Source: Eledone cirrhosa
Lineage: Eukaryota
Direction: 5' to 3'
DNA length: 64,000 bases
Assembly (NCBI GenBank): GCA_964016885.1
Contig: OZ024743.1
Location: 42,284,001-42,348,000, forward strand
Shown: one piece after another, positions 13,183 through 24,299 of the stretch
How the letters are laid out: each line of letters opens with the position of its first letter
Numbering within the stretch: position 1 is the first letter of the stretch
Notes under the pieces: model-generated
What the model was told of the DNA's origin: nothing
The model's database searches: none
The model's input: the letters and a program-made list of their open reading frames with translations, nothing else
Translations under genes and position numbers: made by a program

Positions 13183-15268
13183 TCGAAATATAATACGTGA
13201 ATGTAATAGGTAAAATCCATGGGGCTGAAAATCGAGACCCGAGGGCGACCGCTATTCTGTTCCTTCAACCTCAGCCGGTCGCCCTGGAGTGACGTGGCTA
13301 AATTTTATAGTATGCTACTACCGGTCAGATGAACGAAAACAGAAAGAGATGGGAGCATAGGTTAACGTCGATCCCATGACACAAGGTAAAAGAAAGAAAG
13401 AAAGGAAGGAGAAGAAGGGGGAAGAAAGAAGAAGAGAAGTCAGGGTTAATGTCAGCTAAAAGAGGAAGGTAACTACTACTGGTCAGATATAGGCAAGCAA
13501 GAGGGGGAAGGAATATAAGTCTGCAGGGAGGAGGAGAGGAGAGAAGGAAGGGAAGAGAGAAGTAGAAAAGTAAGGGTTGATGGCTACAAGAAGGAAGATA
13601 GAAAGGAAGAGGAAGAAAGGTCGATATTAATGTCAGACCACAGTCAAGCCAGAAGTGACGCGAGAAAATTTTCACAGGGACCCGCATCTTAGCGGAGATG
13701 GATATATTGGGAGTCAGTGGTTTACAGTGTTTAGACTTCTAGGATGAAGTTAAAAAAATTTAATAATCAATATTCAATATTAAAGAGGTTAGAAAATTTA
13801 AAGTTCAACAGTTTAACAATTAATTATATAATAGTTCCGATTTGTTCTGTAATTTAAAGGTACTATTTGGCGGTTAAAACAACGGCCGCGCCCCGGGCCC
13901 CATGGCGAATTAAGCCACGCCGAGTATTTTCATTTACTGAAAGAAGGGGAAATTTATTTTTCCAAGCACTCTAGGTGAGCTCGTTCGCTACGGAGCTGGT
14001 CGCGCCGCCATTAAAACCCACCCAACAGTCCGACAGAAAGTTGGAACTTTAAAATTTAGCTTAGAGAAGTAAAAGAGTAATGGTTGATAGCTACAAGAAG
14101 GAAGATAGAAAGAGAGAGGAAGGAAGGTCGATATTAATGTCACACCACAGTCGGGCCAGGAGTGGCGCGACAAAATTTTCACAGGGACTCGCATCTTAGC
14201 AGAGGTGAATATAATGGGGGTCAGTGTGTTACAATGTTTAGACTTATAGGATGAAGTTAAAAGATTAATAAATTAATAATCAATATTCCATATTAAAGAG
14301 GTTAGAAAACTTAAAGCTCAACAGTTTCAGGTTGATATATATAATAGCTCCGATTTGTTCTGTAATTTAAAGGTACTATTTGGCGGTTAAAACACCGGCC
14401 GCGCCCCAGGCCCCATGGCTAATTAAGCCACGCCGAGTATTTTCATTTACTGAAAGAAGGGGAATTTATTTTTCCAAGCACTCCAGGTGAGCCCGTTCGC
14501 CAGGGAGCTGGTCGCGCCGCCGCTAAAACCCACCCAACGGTCCGACAGAAAGTTGGAACTTTAGAATTTTGCTTAACTCTATCGGATGAAGTTGAAAGAA
14601 TTCAGAATAACATTCAGAATAACATTATGAAACTAAGGATTAAGAGGATTGAGAATTGAACAAACAGAAAATTGAAGATTAGACATTCAAATAACTTCTA
14701 TGAGGTTTTGGGTTGCGGGGTTTAATTAAATAGTCTTTTATGAAGAAACGTTAATTGTATTATGTAGATCTGTAATTTATCCTAGTGGGATGTAGAGTAC
14801 GGGATATAGTCGTGTAATGTTTAATTTTTGTTCTCAGGAGGAGACATTCTAGTGCTGTGTGCTAATGGGTACAGGTCCCAATGTGAGGAGTAGAAATACA
14901 TGGATACATAGAAGTGGAATACGTGGAAGAGCTAATGGGTACAGGTCCCAATGTGAGGGGTAGAAATACATGGATACATAGAGGTGGAATACGTGGAAGA
15001 GCACATTGGTACAGCAGAGGTATAAATATATAAACATATCAATATATAGATATAAACATGTAAATAAACCAACATGGGATCGACGTTAACCTATGCTCCC
15101 ATCTCTTTCTGTTTTCGTTCATCTGACCGGTAGTAGCATACTATAAAATTTAGCCACGTCACTCCAGGGCGACCGGCTGAGGTTGAAGGAACAGAATAGC
15201 GGTCGCCCTCGGGTCTCGATTTTCAGCCCCATGGATTTTACCTATTACATTCACGTATTATATTTCGA

Positions 15269-15326
15269 ATACCTGATGATATCACCGGATTCATACGGAA
15301 CCCGGTCATTGAAATGATCATAGTAT
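15269..15326 (+). ncRNA. Type I hammerhead ribozyme
   Basis: atac-CTGATGA-tatc accgg attc atacg gaac ccggt catt-GAAA-tgatca-TA-gtat. Stem I atac/gtat, palindromic stem III ATGATCAT, AUA cleavage triplet. Confidence 0.75.
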
Positions 15327-16699
15327 AATAAACCTTTCAAGGATTTACACAAATCCAGCCTCCTGTCATTTCATTATAATATTTAACTCCGTAATAGCAC
15401 CACCAACTACAAAAACAAAGACGGTTGAACTGCTTTACGTTGAGTACTCTCTATATTATTGCATTACGATTGACCATACGGAATAGACCAGCTCTATACA
15501 GTGGTGAACCTCAAACCTGAATAAATAACGCTCCTGAAATGTTGAGCACTTCAAAATGTAATAATCAACAGCGGCATGGGACTGAATATATCTAACCACA
15601 ATTCGAACTTTGGCTACCCGGTGCTTTCGCCTGGCCCTTTGCTACTCCCCTCACAGAATATCCGAACTTCGACGAAACTCCACGGACTGGACCATAACAT
15701 GTATTGTACTGCACTGAATTAACTAAATGGCTACCCTATACTTCTGGGCATGTATAACTCACACTGAACTCCCAGACTCGAACACGCACTGTTTCCACAT
15801 CTATATGCATTATCTGACTGCAACTTGAACTATATTGTATTTCTCCTGTGTCTTGAACTCTCCATTTAATAGACAACGACTCTTGTTTGTTTATTTATAT
15901 CTTTACATCTTTATTTGCTGTATTGATGCTCCTCCACGTATTCTACCTCTATACATCCATGTACTTTCTACTTCCCTTATTCGGACTTTTACTCGCGTGT
16001 ACCCTCAGCACACGTCACTGGAATATTTCCCCCTGGGAACATAAATACCGCAACCCGAACTATATTGTATTTCTCCTGTCTCTTGAACTCTACATTTACT
16101 AGACAACGACTTTTGTTTGTTTATCTATATCTTCACACCTTTGTTTGCTGTATTAATGTCCTGATTTCTCCATCTTACTCCAACACCACTCTTGTTGGTT
16201 TATTTACATGTTTATATCTATATATTGATATGTTTATATATTTATACCTCTGCTGTACCAATGTGCTCTTCCACGTATTCCACCTCTATGTATCCATGTA
16301 TTTCTACCCCTCACATTGGGACCTGTACCCATTAGCTCTTCCACGTATTCCACTTCTATGTATCCATGTATTTCTACTCCTCACATTGGGACCTGTACCC
16401 ATTAGCACACAGCACTAGAATGTCTCCTCCTGAGAACAAAAATTAAACATTACACGACTATATCCCGTACTCTACATCCCACTAGGATAAATTACAGATC
16501 TACATAATACAATTAACGTTTCTTCATAAAAGACTATTTAATTAAACCCCGCAACCCAAAACCTCATAGAAGTTATTTGAATGTCTAATCTTCAATTTTC
16601 TGTTTGTTCAATTCTCAATCCTCTTAATCCTTAGTTTCATAATGTTATTCTGAATGTTATTCTGAATTCTTTCAACTTCATCCGATAGAGTTAAGCAAA

Positions 16700-17712
16700 A
16701 TTCTAAAGTTCCAACTTTCTGTCGGACCGTTGGGTGGGTTTTAGCGGCGGCGCGACCAGCTCCCTGGCGAACGGGCTCACCTGGAGTGCTTGGAAAAATA
16801 AATTCCCCTTCTTTCAGTAAATGAAAATACTCGGCGTGGCTTAATTAGCCATGGGGCCTGGGGCGCGGCCGGTGTTTTAACCGCCAAATAGTACCTTTAA
16901 ATTACAGAACAAATCGGAGCTATTATATATATCAACCTGAAACTGTTGAGCTTTAAGTTTTCTAACCTCTTTAATATGGAATATTGATTATTAATTTATT
17001 AATCTTTTAACTTCATCCTATAAGTCTAAACATTGTAACACACTGACCCCCATTATATTCACCTCTGCTAAGATGCGAGTCCCTGTGAAAATTTTGTCGC
17101 GCCACTCCTGGCCCGACTGTGGTGTGACATTAATATCGACCTTCCTTCCTCTCTCTTTCTATCTTCCTTCTTGTAGCTATCAACCATTACTCTTTTACTT
17201 CTCTAAGCTAAATTTTAAAGTTCCAACTTTCTGTCGGACTGTTGGGTGGGTTTTAATGGCGGCGCGACCAGCTCCGTGGCGAACGAGCTCACCTAGAGTG
17301 CTTGGAAAAATAAATTTCCCCTTCTTTCAGTAAATGAAAATACTCGGCGTGGCTTAATTCGCCATGGGGCCCGGGGCGCGGCCGTTGTTTTAACCGCCAA
17401 ATAGTACCTTTAAATTACAGAACAAATCGGAACTATTATATAATTAATTGTTAAACTGTTGAACTTTAAATTTTCTAACCTCTTTAATATTGAATATTGA
17501 TTATTAAATTTTTTTAACTTCATCCTAGAAGTCTAAACACTGTAAACCACTGACTCCCAATATATCCATCTCCGCTAAGATGCGGGTCCCTGTGAAAATT
17601 TTCTCGCGTCACTTCTGGCTTGACTGTGGTCTGACATTAATATCGACCTTTCTTCCTCTTCCTTTCTATCTTCCTTCTTGTAGCCATCAACCCTTACTTT
17701 TCTACTTCTCTC
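16700..17712 (+). repeat. About 510-bp diverged internal tandem duplication with GC-rich core
   Basis: aagttccaactttctgtcggac...gccaaatagtacc...tagctatcaacc begins near 16707 and again near 17218; mirrored at 13550-14570. Confidence 0.85.
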
Positions 17713-18084
17713 TTCCCTTCCTTCTCTCCTCTCCTCCTCCCTGCAGACTTATATTCCTTCCCCCTCTTGCTTGCCTATATCTGACCAGTAGTAGTTACCT
17801 TCCTCTTTTAGCTGACATTAACCCTGACTTCTCTTCTTCTTTCTTCCCCCTTCTTCTCCTTCCTTTCTTTCTTTCTTTTACCTTGTGTCATGGAATCGAC
17901 GTTAACCTATGCTCCCATCTCTTTCTGTTTTCGTTCATCTGACCGGTAGTAGCATACTATAAAATTTAGCCACGTCACTCCAGGGCGACCGGCTGAGGTT
18001 GAAGGAACAGAATAGCGGTCGCCCTCGGGTCTCGATTTTCAGCCCCATGGATTTTACCTATTACATTCACGTATTATATTTCGA

Positions 18085-18142
18085 ATACCTGATGATATCA
18101 CCGGATTCATACGGAACCCGGTCATTGAAATGATCATAGTAT
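18085..18142 (+). ncRNA. Type I hammerhead ribozyme (3' terminal repeat copy)
   Basis: Identical to 15269-15326, 2816 nt downstream. Confidence 0.75.
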
Positions 18143-18384
18143 AATAAACCTTTCAAGGATTTACACAAATCCAGCCTCCTGTCATTTCATTATAATATTT
18201 AACTCCGTAATAGCACCACCAACTACAAAAACAAAGACGGTTGAACTGCTTTACGTTGAGTACTCTCTATATTATTGCATTACGATTGACCATACGGAAT
18301 AGACCAGCTCTATACAGTGGTGAACCTCAAACCTGAATATATATATATATATATATATGTCCCAAAGAATGCCCTTCATTTTCC

Positions 18385-18420
<36 letters not shown>

Positions 18421-18427
<7 letters not shown>

Positions 18428-19410
18428 TTAGGTTTGAAGGTTCACCACTGGATAGAATTGGTGATTCCGTATAGTCAATCTTGATGTAATAATGTGAAGA
18501 GTACTCAACGTAAAGCAGCTCAACCATATTCGTTTGTGTAGTTGGTGGTGCGAGTACGGAGCTCAATATTATAATAAAATAACAGGGGCTGGACTTGTGT
18601 AAATCCTAGAAAGGTTTATTATACTATGGTCATTTCAATGGCCGGGTTCCGTATGAATCCGGTGATATTATCTGGTATTCGAAATATAATAAATGCATGT
18701 AACAGATAAAATCCATGTGGCTTAAAATCATAGACCCGAGGACGACCGACCATCTAGCAACTTCCACTTTAGCCGGTCGCCCTCAAGTGCTGGCTATTCG
18801 ATCTACTTAAAGCTATCTGGCGAGGGGGCGAAAGCTTACAATGTGCTACTAACCTCCCGGTCACAGAGAAAAAGAAAGAAAGAAGAAAGTTCAGCGTCAT
18901 GCTACAATCAGGCTAGGAATTGCCGCGAAAAATGTTATTCTAAAGAACCTATATCTTAACAGAGGTATATATTATAACAGAGGTATATATAATGGGCGTC
19001 TGCATGGTATAATGTGTGAACAGAGAATTGGAACGTTAAATTGTTGTTTAGATTTATAGGAGGAAATTAACGCTGACTTTTCTTCTTTCTTTCTGTCTTT
19101 TTTCTCTGTGACCGGGAGGTTAGTAGCACATTATAAGCTTTCACTCCCTCACCAGATAGCCTTAAGTAGACCGAATATCCAGCTCTTGAGGGCGACCGGC
19201 TAAAGTGGAAGATGCTACATGGTCGATCGTCCTCGGGTCTATGATTTTCAGACCCATGGATTTTATCTGTTTACATCCATTTATTATATTTCGAATACCT
19301 GATGATATCACCAGATTCATACGGAGCCCGGCCATTGAAATGATCATAGTATTATAAACCTTTCAAGGATTTACACAAGTCCAGCCTCCTATTATTTTAT
19401 TATAATTATT
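18421..19410 (-). mobile_element. Older member of the same HHR family with fold-back
   Basis: Homologous to 17930-18338. Arms 18568-18897 and 19070-19410. HHRs at 18621-18678 (-, decayed) and 19295-19352 (+, intact core). Confidence 0.8.
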
Positions 19411-20109
19411 ATATATATATATAATGGATGTGCATTCTTTCGGACAGTAAGATATATTCAAAAGCGAGAATGATTATTCCACTGGGGCTTGGTCTTCATG
19501 ACTAATTACAATTTTACAGAACGTCGTTTTTTATATTATTTTTTGTAATAGCATTTTAATTTCGATGGAGAACTTTCAGTCGTAGTTTAAATTCTCTGAA
19601 TGTTTCTCGCATTCAGTGGCAATTGTCAGCCTGGTGTTTTGTGGTATGTTGATGATGTATATATACATATATCGAGAGTGGGTTGAGGGTTTGAGAGTAT
19701 ATGTAAATGGAAATGTGTAAATCAAAATAGTCTACTTGTTTATTTTTTTTCGATGATAGGAAAGTGAAAACGAAGACAAAACGATGATTGATAGAGAATG
19801 ATATGGGAGGTTTTGTTTTAATGGTTAAATAGAGTTGAATGGTCTTAATGACCCTTGTTTAAGAAACAGAGTAAGATTGAATTACATAAGTAAGATAGAA
19901 TTATATAAGTAAGATTCTATTTAAAGTGCTGAAGGACTGTGCACTGAGCCAATCCCACTCGCTAAGTGTTAGTAGCTATAACCGAAAAAGAAGAAAAGAT
20001 CAACATCAACGGTAACTACTGAGACTCAGGTTTTATGTTGGAGTTATCCCCGTTTCCTGAGTTGCCTTCTCCTCGAAGAATGCCCTGACAAAGGCTATAT
20101 ATATATGAG

Positions 20110-20700
20110 ACATTGAAGTCTGTATTTCCGGGAGAATATATATGGTTTTTTTTTTCTGTGTGTGTGTGTTCTATTTTCACCTGTAGTTTTTAAAGAAGAT
20201 TTCAGTTTCGTATTTCCGGAAAATACCATTTTCCGACCTTATCCTAATGAAAGTTAAAAATAGTGACTTTTTCCTTTGAGCAAGTTGGAGATTGTTCGCT
20301 TAATCGAGTGTTTCTGAAGGAAGAGCATCTAATTTGTTGTTAATGGACTCTTACTCTGTCATGTAGACCTGTTCCCGTCTCTCCAATACAGCATTCTTTA
20401 CGTTGTGGATATGCAACACAATATTATATATTTGTGTTGTTTTTGAAGATCTCATTGTTTTTCAAAGTTGATTTGTCCACTCTTCAATACAGTCGCAAAT
20501 TCCGCATCAACGGACCCCGCATTTTTTAACTTGCATTGTTTCGTTTCCTGATATTAAATCCCATCTTTGTTAGACTTTTTTTTATGTTGGGTGTCTGCCA
20601 TCTACTATAAAATATATCTGATTCTTTTAAAATGTCATTCCTTTTAAGGGACTGTTGAAAAATCGGGAGAGACGTCTTAGCAGCTTTCAGAATATTGTCG
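20110..20700 (-). mobile_element. Decayed PLE GIY-YIG/linker fragment
   Basis: Minus strand reads KKCGVR*CGICDCI and CCIGETGTGLHDRVRVH*QQIR. Confidence 0.7.
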
Positions 20701-20779
20701 TTCGTTGGTTTGTGAAAGATAACAACAGTGATAATCGCCTTATGCCTTTATTTTGTTGGCCGTTGTATTGTTAGGGAAG

Positions 20780-21945
20780 TGTGAACAGAAAAAGTGGTCA
20801 GGTGGAAGAGAGAGGGGAGAAAAAGGGGGATATGTGGTGGTGTACGCAGAACATAAATGGTTTGGGAGGAGCTGCGTTGGCAGTGTGTGTGCACGTATTC
20901 GTGTGTACATGGGTGAATGTAGTAATTAACGAGGTAGCTAATAGTGCGTGCGTGTATTGGCAGAGTAGACGTGGTTAGCGAATGTAGTTTGTTAGTAATA
21001 CTAGCCGGTGAGTTGGATCATGTATGTGGTGGATAGAACAGTGGAGTGTAGAGGTAGACGAAAGTTAGTAGGTCAGTGGTGTTTGGTGCGGTCCGTTAGA
21101 TAAATAGTTAGCGCTGTGTGCTGTGTCTGTGGTGTATATGTGCTTAACTCTTAAATTGGTAGGAGCCATAGAGCACGCAATAATGCCGCAGACAGTGAGG
21201 TTGTGGGTGGAATGTTCAGTGGAGTGGAAAGGTCGGGCGACCTGAGGCCGTTTGCTGAGCTGGATGTCCAGAAAATGTTCGGTGCACCAGTCAGCCAGAC
21301 GATGCCCAATCGATCCGATGTAAATAGTTCGACATAGCATCCAACGGACCCCGTAGATGAGGCTGGTAGAGTTGCAGCGAAAGGAGTCCCGGACATTTTA
21401 GGGTTGGGCGTCGGGCCCAGGAAGTCTGTTGCTATTAGTGATGTAATTGAAAGTGGGGCAACAGGGGCAAGAACAAGGGAGGGACCGGGAGAGGAATTGG
21501 AGGGAGAAAGGGAGCTTCGGGCTAGGAGTTTTCTGGGGTTGTGAGCGCGCTTGAAAGAAAGGCGATGTGGAATGGGGTAGATGGGTGGAGGGATCAAATC
21601 GGAGGCAGCGGAAGAGTTGGAGGACCATCCTCTGGAGTGGCAAGATGAAGGGGTGGTAGGTTAAGGAGAATTAAATACGGTGGGGTGGGGGCGTGAGGTT
21701 AGGAGGGTGGTCGGTCAACTTCACGGGCGCGAGTGAAGGAGGCGTTGACCAGGGAGGGGTGTAACCTCACCTAGTGAGGCCCATGTAATGTGCCTGAACC
21801 TCAAAGTCATGGTTTCGGCTGCATAGGCAGTGGAGGCGAGGAAATTATGAGTAGGGAATGGAGTGTTTGGTATGAGTGGGATGCGTTGAGGCGAAATCGA
21901 TGTAGGATCGTGAGTCAGTATGATTAAAGAAGCCGGAGGTATTGA
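20780..21945 (-). mobile_element. Decayed PLE (RT end plus GIY-YIG, Neptune/Poseidon-like)
   Basis: TDSRSYIDFASTHPTHTKHSIPYS; SFKRAHNPRKLLARSSL; PCSCPCCPT; IYIGSIGHRLADWCTEH. Confidence 0.85.
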
Positions 21946-21960
21946 GGGAATAATTACATT

Positions 21961-22037
<77 letters not shown>

Positions 22038-22135
22038 ATATGTGTTTTCATTTATACACACACACATACCCCCATATATATATATATTATTTATATAATT
22101 ATAAGTGTGAAGAACAAACATACATATATATATAT

Positions 22136-22296
22136 ATATTGTTATACTTTGGGGGGGGGGTCATGTTGCCAATAAGAAACACACGCACCAGTGCGTGTGT
22201 TTCTTATTGGCAACATGACCCTCCCAAAGTATAACAATATCGGTTTCAACACACGATTTCAGATAAAGAATCTTGCTAAACAAATTCAGAAACGAA
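22136..22296 (+). mobile_element. PLE family C terminus with fold-back 22136-22240
   Basis: Arms share catgaccctcccaaagtataacaatat with 43430-43807, 46200 and 51035-51412. Confidence 0.8.
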
Positions 22297-23089
22297 ATAT
22301 ATATATATTGATATACATCTAATATATGTATACTATGCATATATATAAATACACTTATGTATCTTTATATTGTTCTCTCTACGTGTTGTTTATTTTTAGC
22401 ATTGGCTTTTAACTCTTTTATCCGTTGTCATCATACATCTTCCTTCTCATTATTCAGACTTCCCTTACATTATCTGATTCTACATTTCTAATTGGTTTTA
22501 TCGCAGTTTTCATACTGTTATTGATTCAGCTAATTTATATGATTTTGTATTGCTGTTGTTGGTTTTGTTATTGTGGTTTTTGTTTGAGTTTGTCGTTAAT
22601 GTTCTGTTAATATTAGAGTATCGTTGTTGCTGCTTATATTTGTATTGTTAGATTTACTATGTTCCTGTCCATGAATTAAACATTAATGTATCCGTGTATT
22701 AATGGATGTTCACCAACGCAATGTCTCATTTATTAATACTTTTTTACTGTTTTCGTTCTTTAACAAGATACCTGGCCTGAATGCTTTCAACAGAGTGGTC
22801 TTCAATAATGGCATCTAAAATAAAAATGTATCTATTAAACCACACGACCGATCAAGCCTACGAGCCATACAGACAGCAGCAGGACTTGAACTCAAAACGC
22901 AAAGAACCGGAAAACTGCATTTTTTCATGCTTAATGGTTTCCTCTTATCCTTCAATCTGGACTGATGTATTATCCACTAAGAAACGGTTGCTGTTGATGA
23001 CAGTTAAAATGAACGTTGTCCTATTTTCATTTAGGTTCAACATCTACATATATATATGTGTGGGACAGCTCACACCTATGCAGGTTTAG

Positions 23090-23303
23090 CTGGCCTCCTC
23101 CGAGGTATATCTCGTTGGAGGTGTCTTGGGTAATTTAATGATAGGGACTCCAGTCCTGTCATCTCATTTCTATAGCTGAGTAAAGTGGAGAAACGTGAAA
23201 CAAAGTGTCTTGCTCAAGGAAACAACACATCACCCAGTCCGTGAATTGAACTCACAACCTTTCGATTGCAAGCCCAATGCTCTAAACACTAAGCCATGCG
23301 CCT
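23090..23303 (-). mobile_element. tRNA-derived SINE
   Basis: Minus strand ggcgcaTGGCTTAGTGttt (A box) ... GTTCAATTC (B box) ... tccttgagcaagacacttt; related to 27180-27385. Confidence 0.75.
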
Positions 23304-23996
23304 TCACCATATATACGTGCTAGTAATTAATTCTCTTGATTTATTGGATAGGGATGAGATGAAATTTAGAAAGTTCATGTTGTTGCATCTTACATTTTTA
23401 TTCTAGCGTTTCAGACATAAATTGCGATTTATTTTTTGCTGAATCCAGGAAACATGTGTAATAATATGAGATTATAATGTACTACATCAGTATTTCCATT
23501 GGTAAGATGATATAAGCTCTATGCACTTTACCATCCTCTGTTCTTCAGGAGCAAAAAACTGGATGATTAAAAATTCAAAATCATAAGATATCCAAAGCAG
23601 TTAGAATATCGCATCCATTTGCTGAGAAACTGGAGAAAACTAGTTAACAATTATTTCCATTATGGGTGTGTTATCCTAACGGTATCTCTACAGGACATAT
23701 ATAGAACAAAATTGCATTAATTAATAAAATAAAACAAATATCAAGAAAAATAGAGGTTTCAAATGATGGAGTATTTAGGCAGGCTATTTCTCTGCAAATT
23801 GATGTCTCATTCGAGCCCGGTTGAAAGGTTCGTAGAGCTGAATGAATAAATATTTATTACGTATCATCGACCTTCTAAAAATGTTGAATATCTATATAAT
23901 GTATATATGGTGTATATATATATTTGCATATACACACACAGATACAGCCACACCCACACGCACAAACATACACACACATATATATATATATATATA

Positions 23997-24199
23997 ACGA
24001 AGGAAATGTGGTAAGGAACTAGGTGGACCATAACGCACCAAAGTACTCAATACTTAGGGTAGTAGAGTGGGTAATAGGAACAAGTAAGACCCCGACGGCT
24101 GAGCTCAAGCCGTTTCGACGGCTAATTCTGTACTGATTCATTCAGTACAGAATTAGCCGTCGAAACGGCTTGAGCTCAGCCGTCGGGGTCTTACTTGTT

Positions 24200-24205
<6 letters not shown>
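23997..24205 (-). mobile_element. Family B short terminus with perfect fold-back (24077-24205) carrying HHR 3' half
   Basis: GAAAC-GGC-ttgagctca-GCC-GTC-ggggtc on both arms; homologous to 37554-37742, 61859-62040 and 48719-48749. Confidence 0.8.
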
Positions 24206-24294
<89 letters not shown>

Positions 24295-24299
24295 AGAGA

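Larger units (their letters stand above)
13073..18338 (+). mobile_element. Non-autonomous HHR-bearing PLE/retrozyme-like element: 2816-bp unit, about 445-bp direct terminal repeat, 2-kb inverted 5' copy
   Basis: 13073-15074 is the reverse complement of 16193-18194; 15075-15523 matches 17891-18338. One HHR in each copy; no recognisable ORF; (TA)n on both flanks. Confidence 0.8.

Noticed and set aside
13325-17942. Repeated 68-120 aa hydrophobic ORFs (MRVPVKI...) in the 2.8-kb element
   Set aside because: They arise from CT-rich sequence and the repeat structure, have no recognisable domain, and one arm has a premature stop. Not excluded without ribosome profiling.
22136-22240. Hairpins as miRNA precursors or MITEs
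   Set aside because: Arms are asymmetric pieces of PLE termini with variable turning points, with no fixed TIR ends or TSD.
23240-23303. tRNA gene
   Set aside because: A and B boxes belong to a SINE head; no cloverleaf or terminator.
23407-23501. Apparent AG...GTAAG exon, and a similar one at 9420-9526
   Set aside because: Stops in all three frames and no other support.
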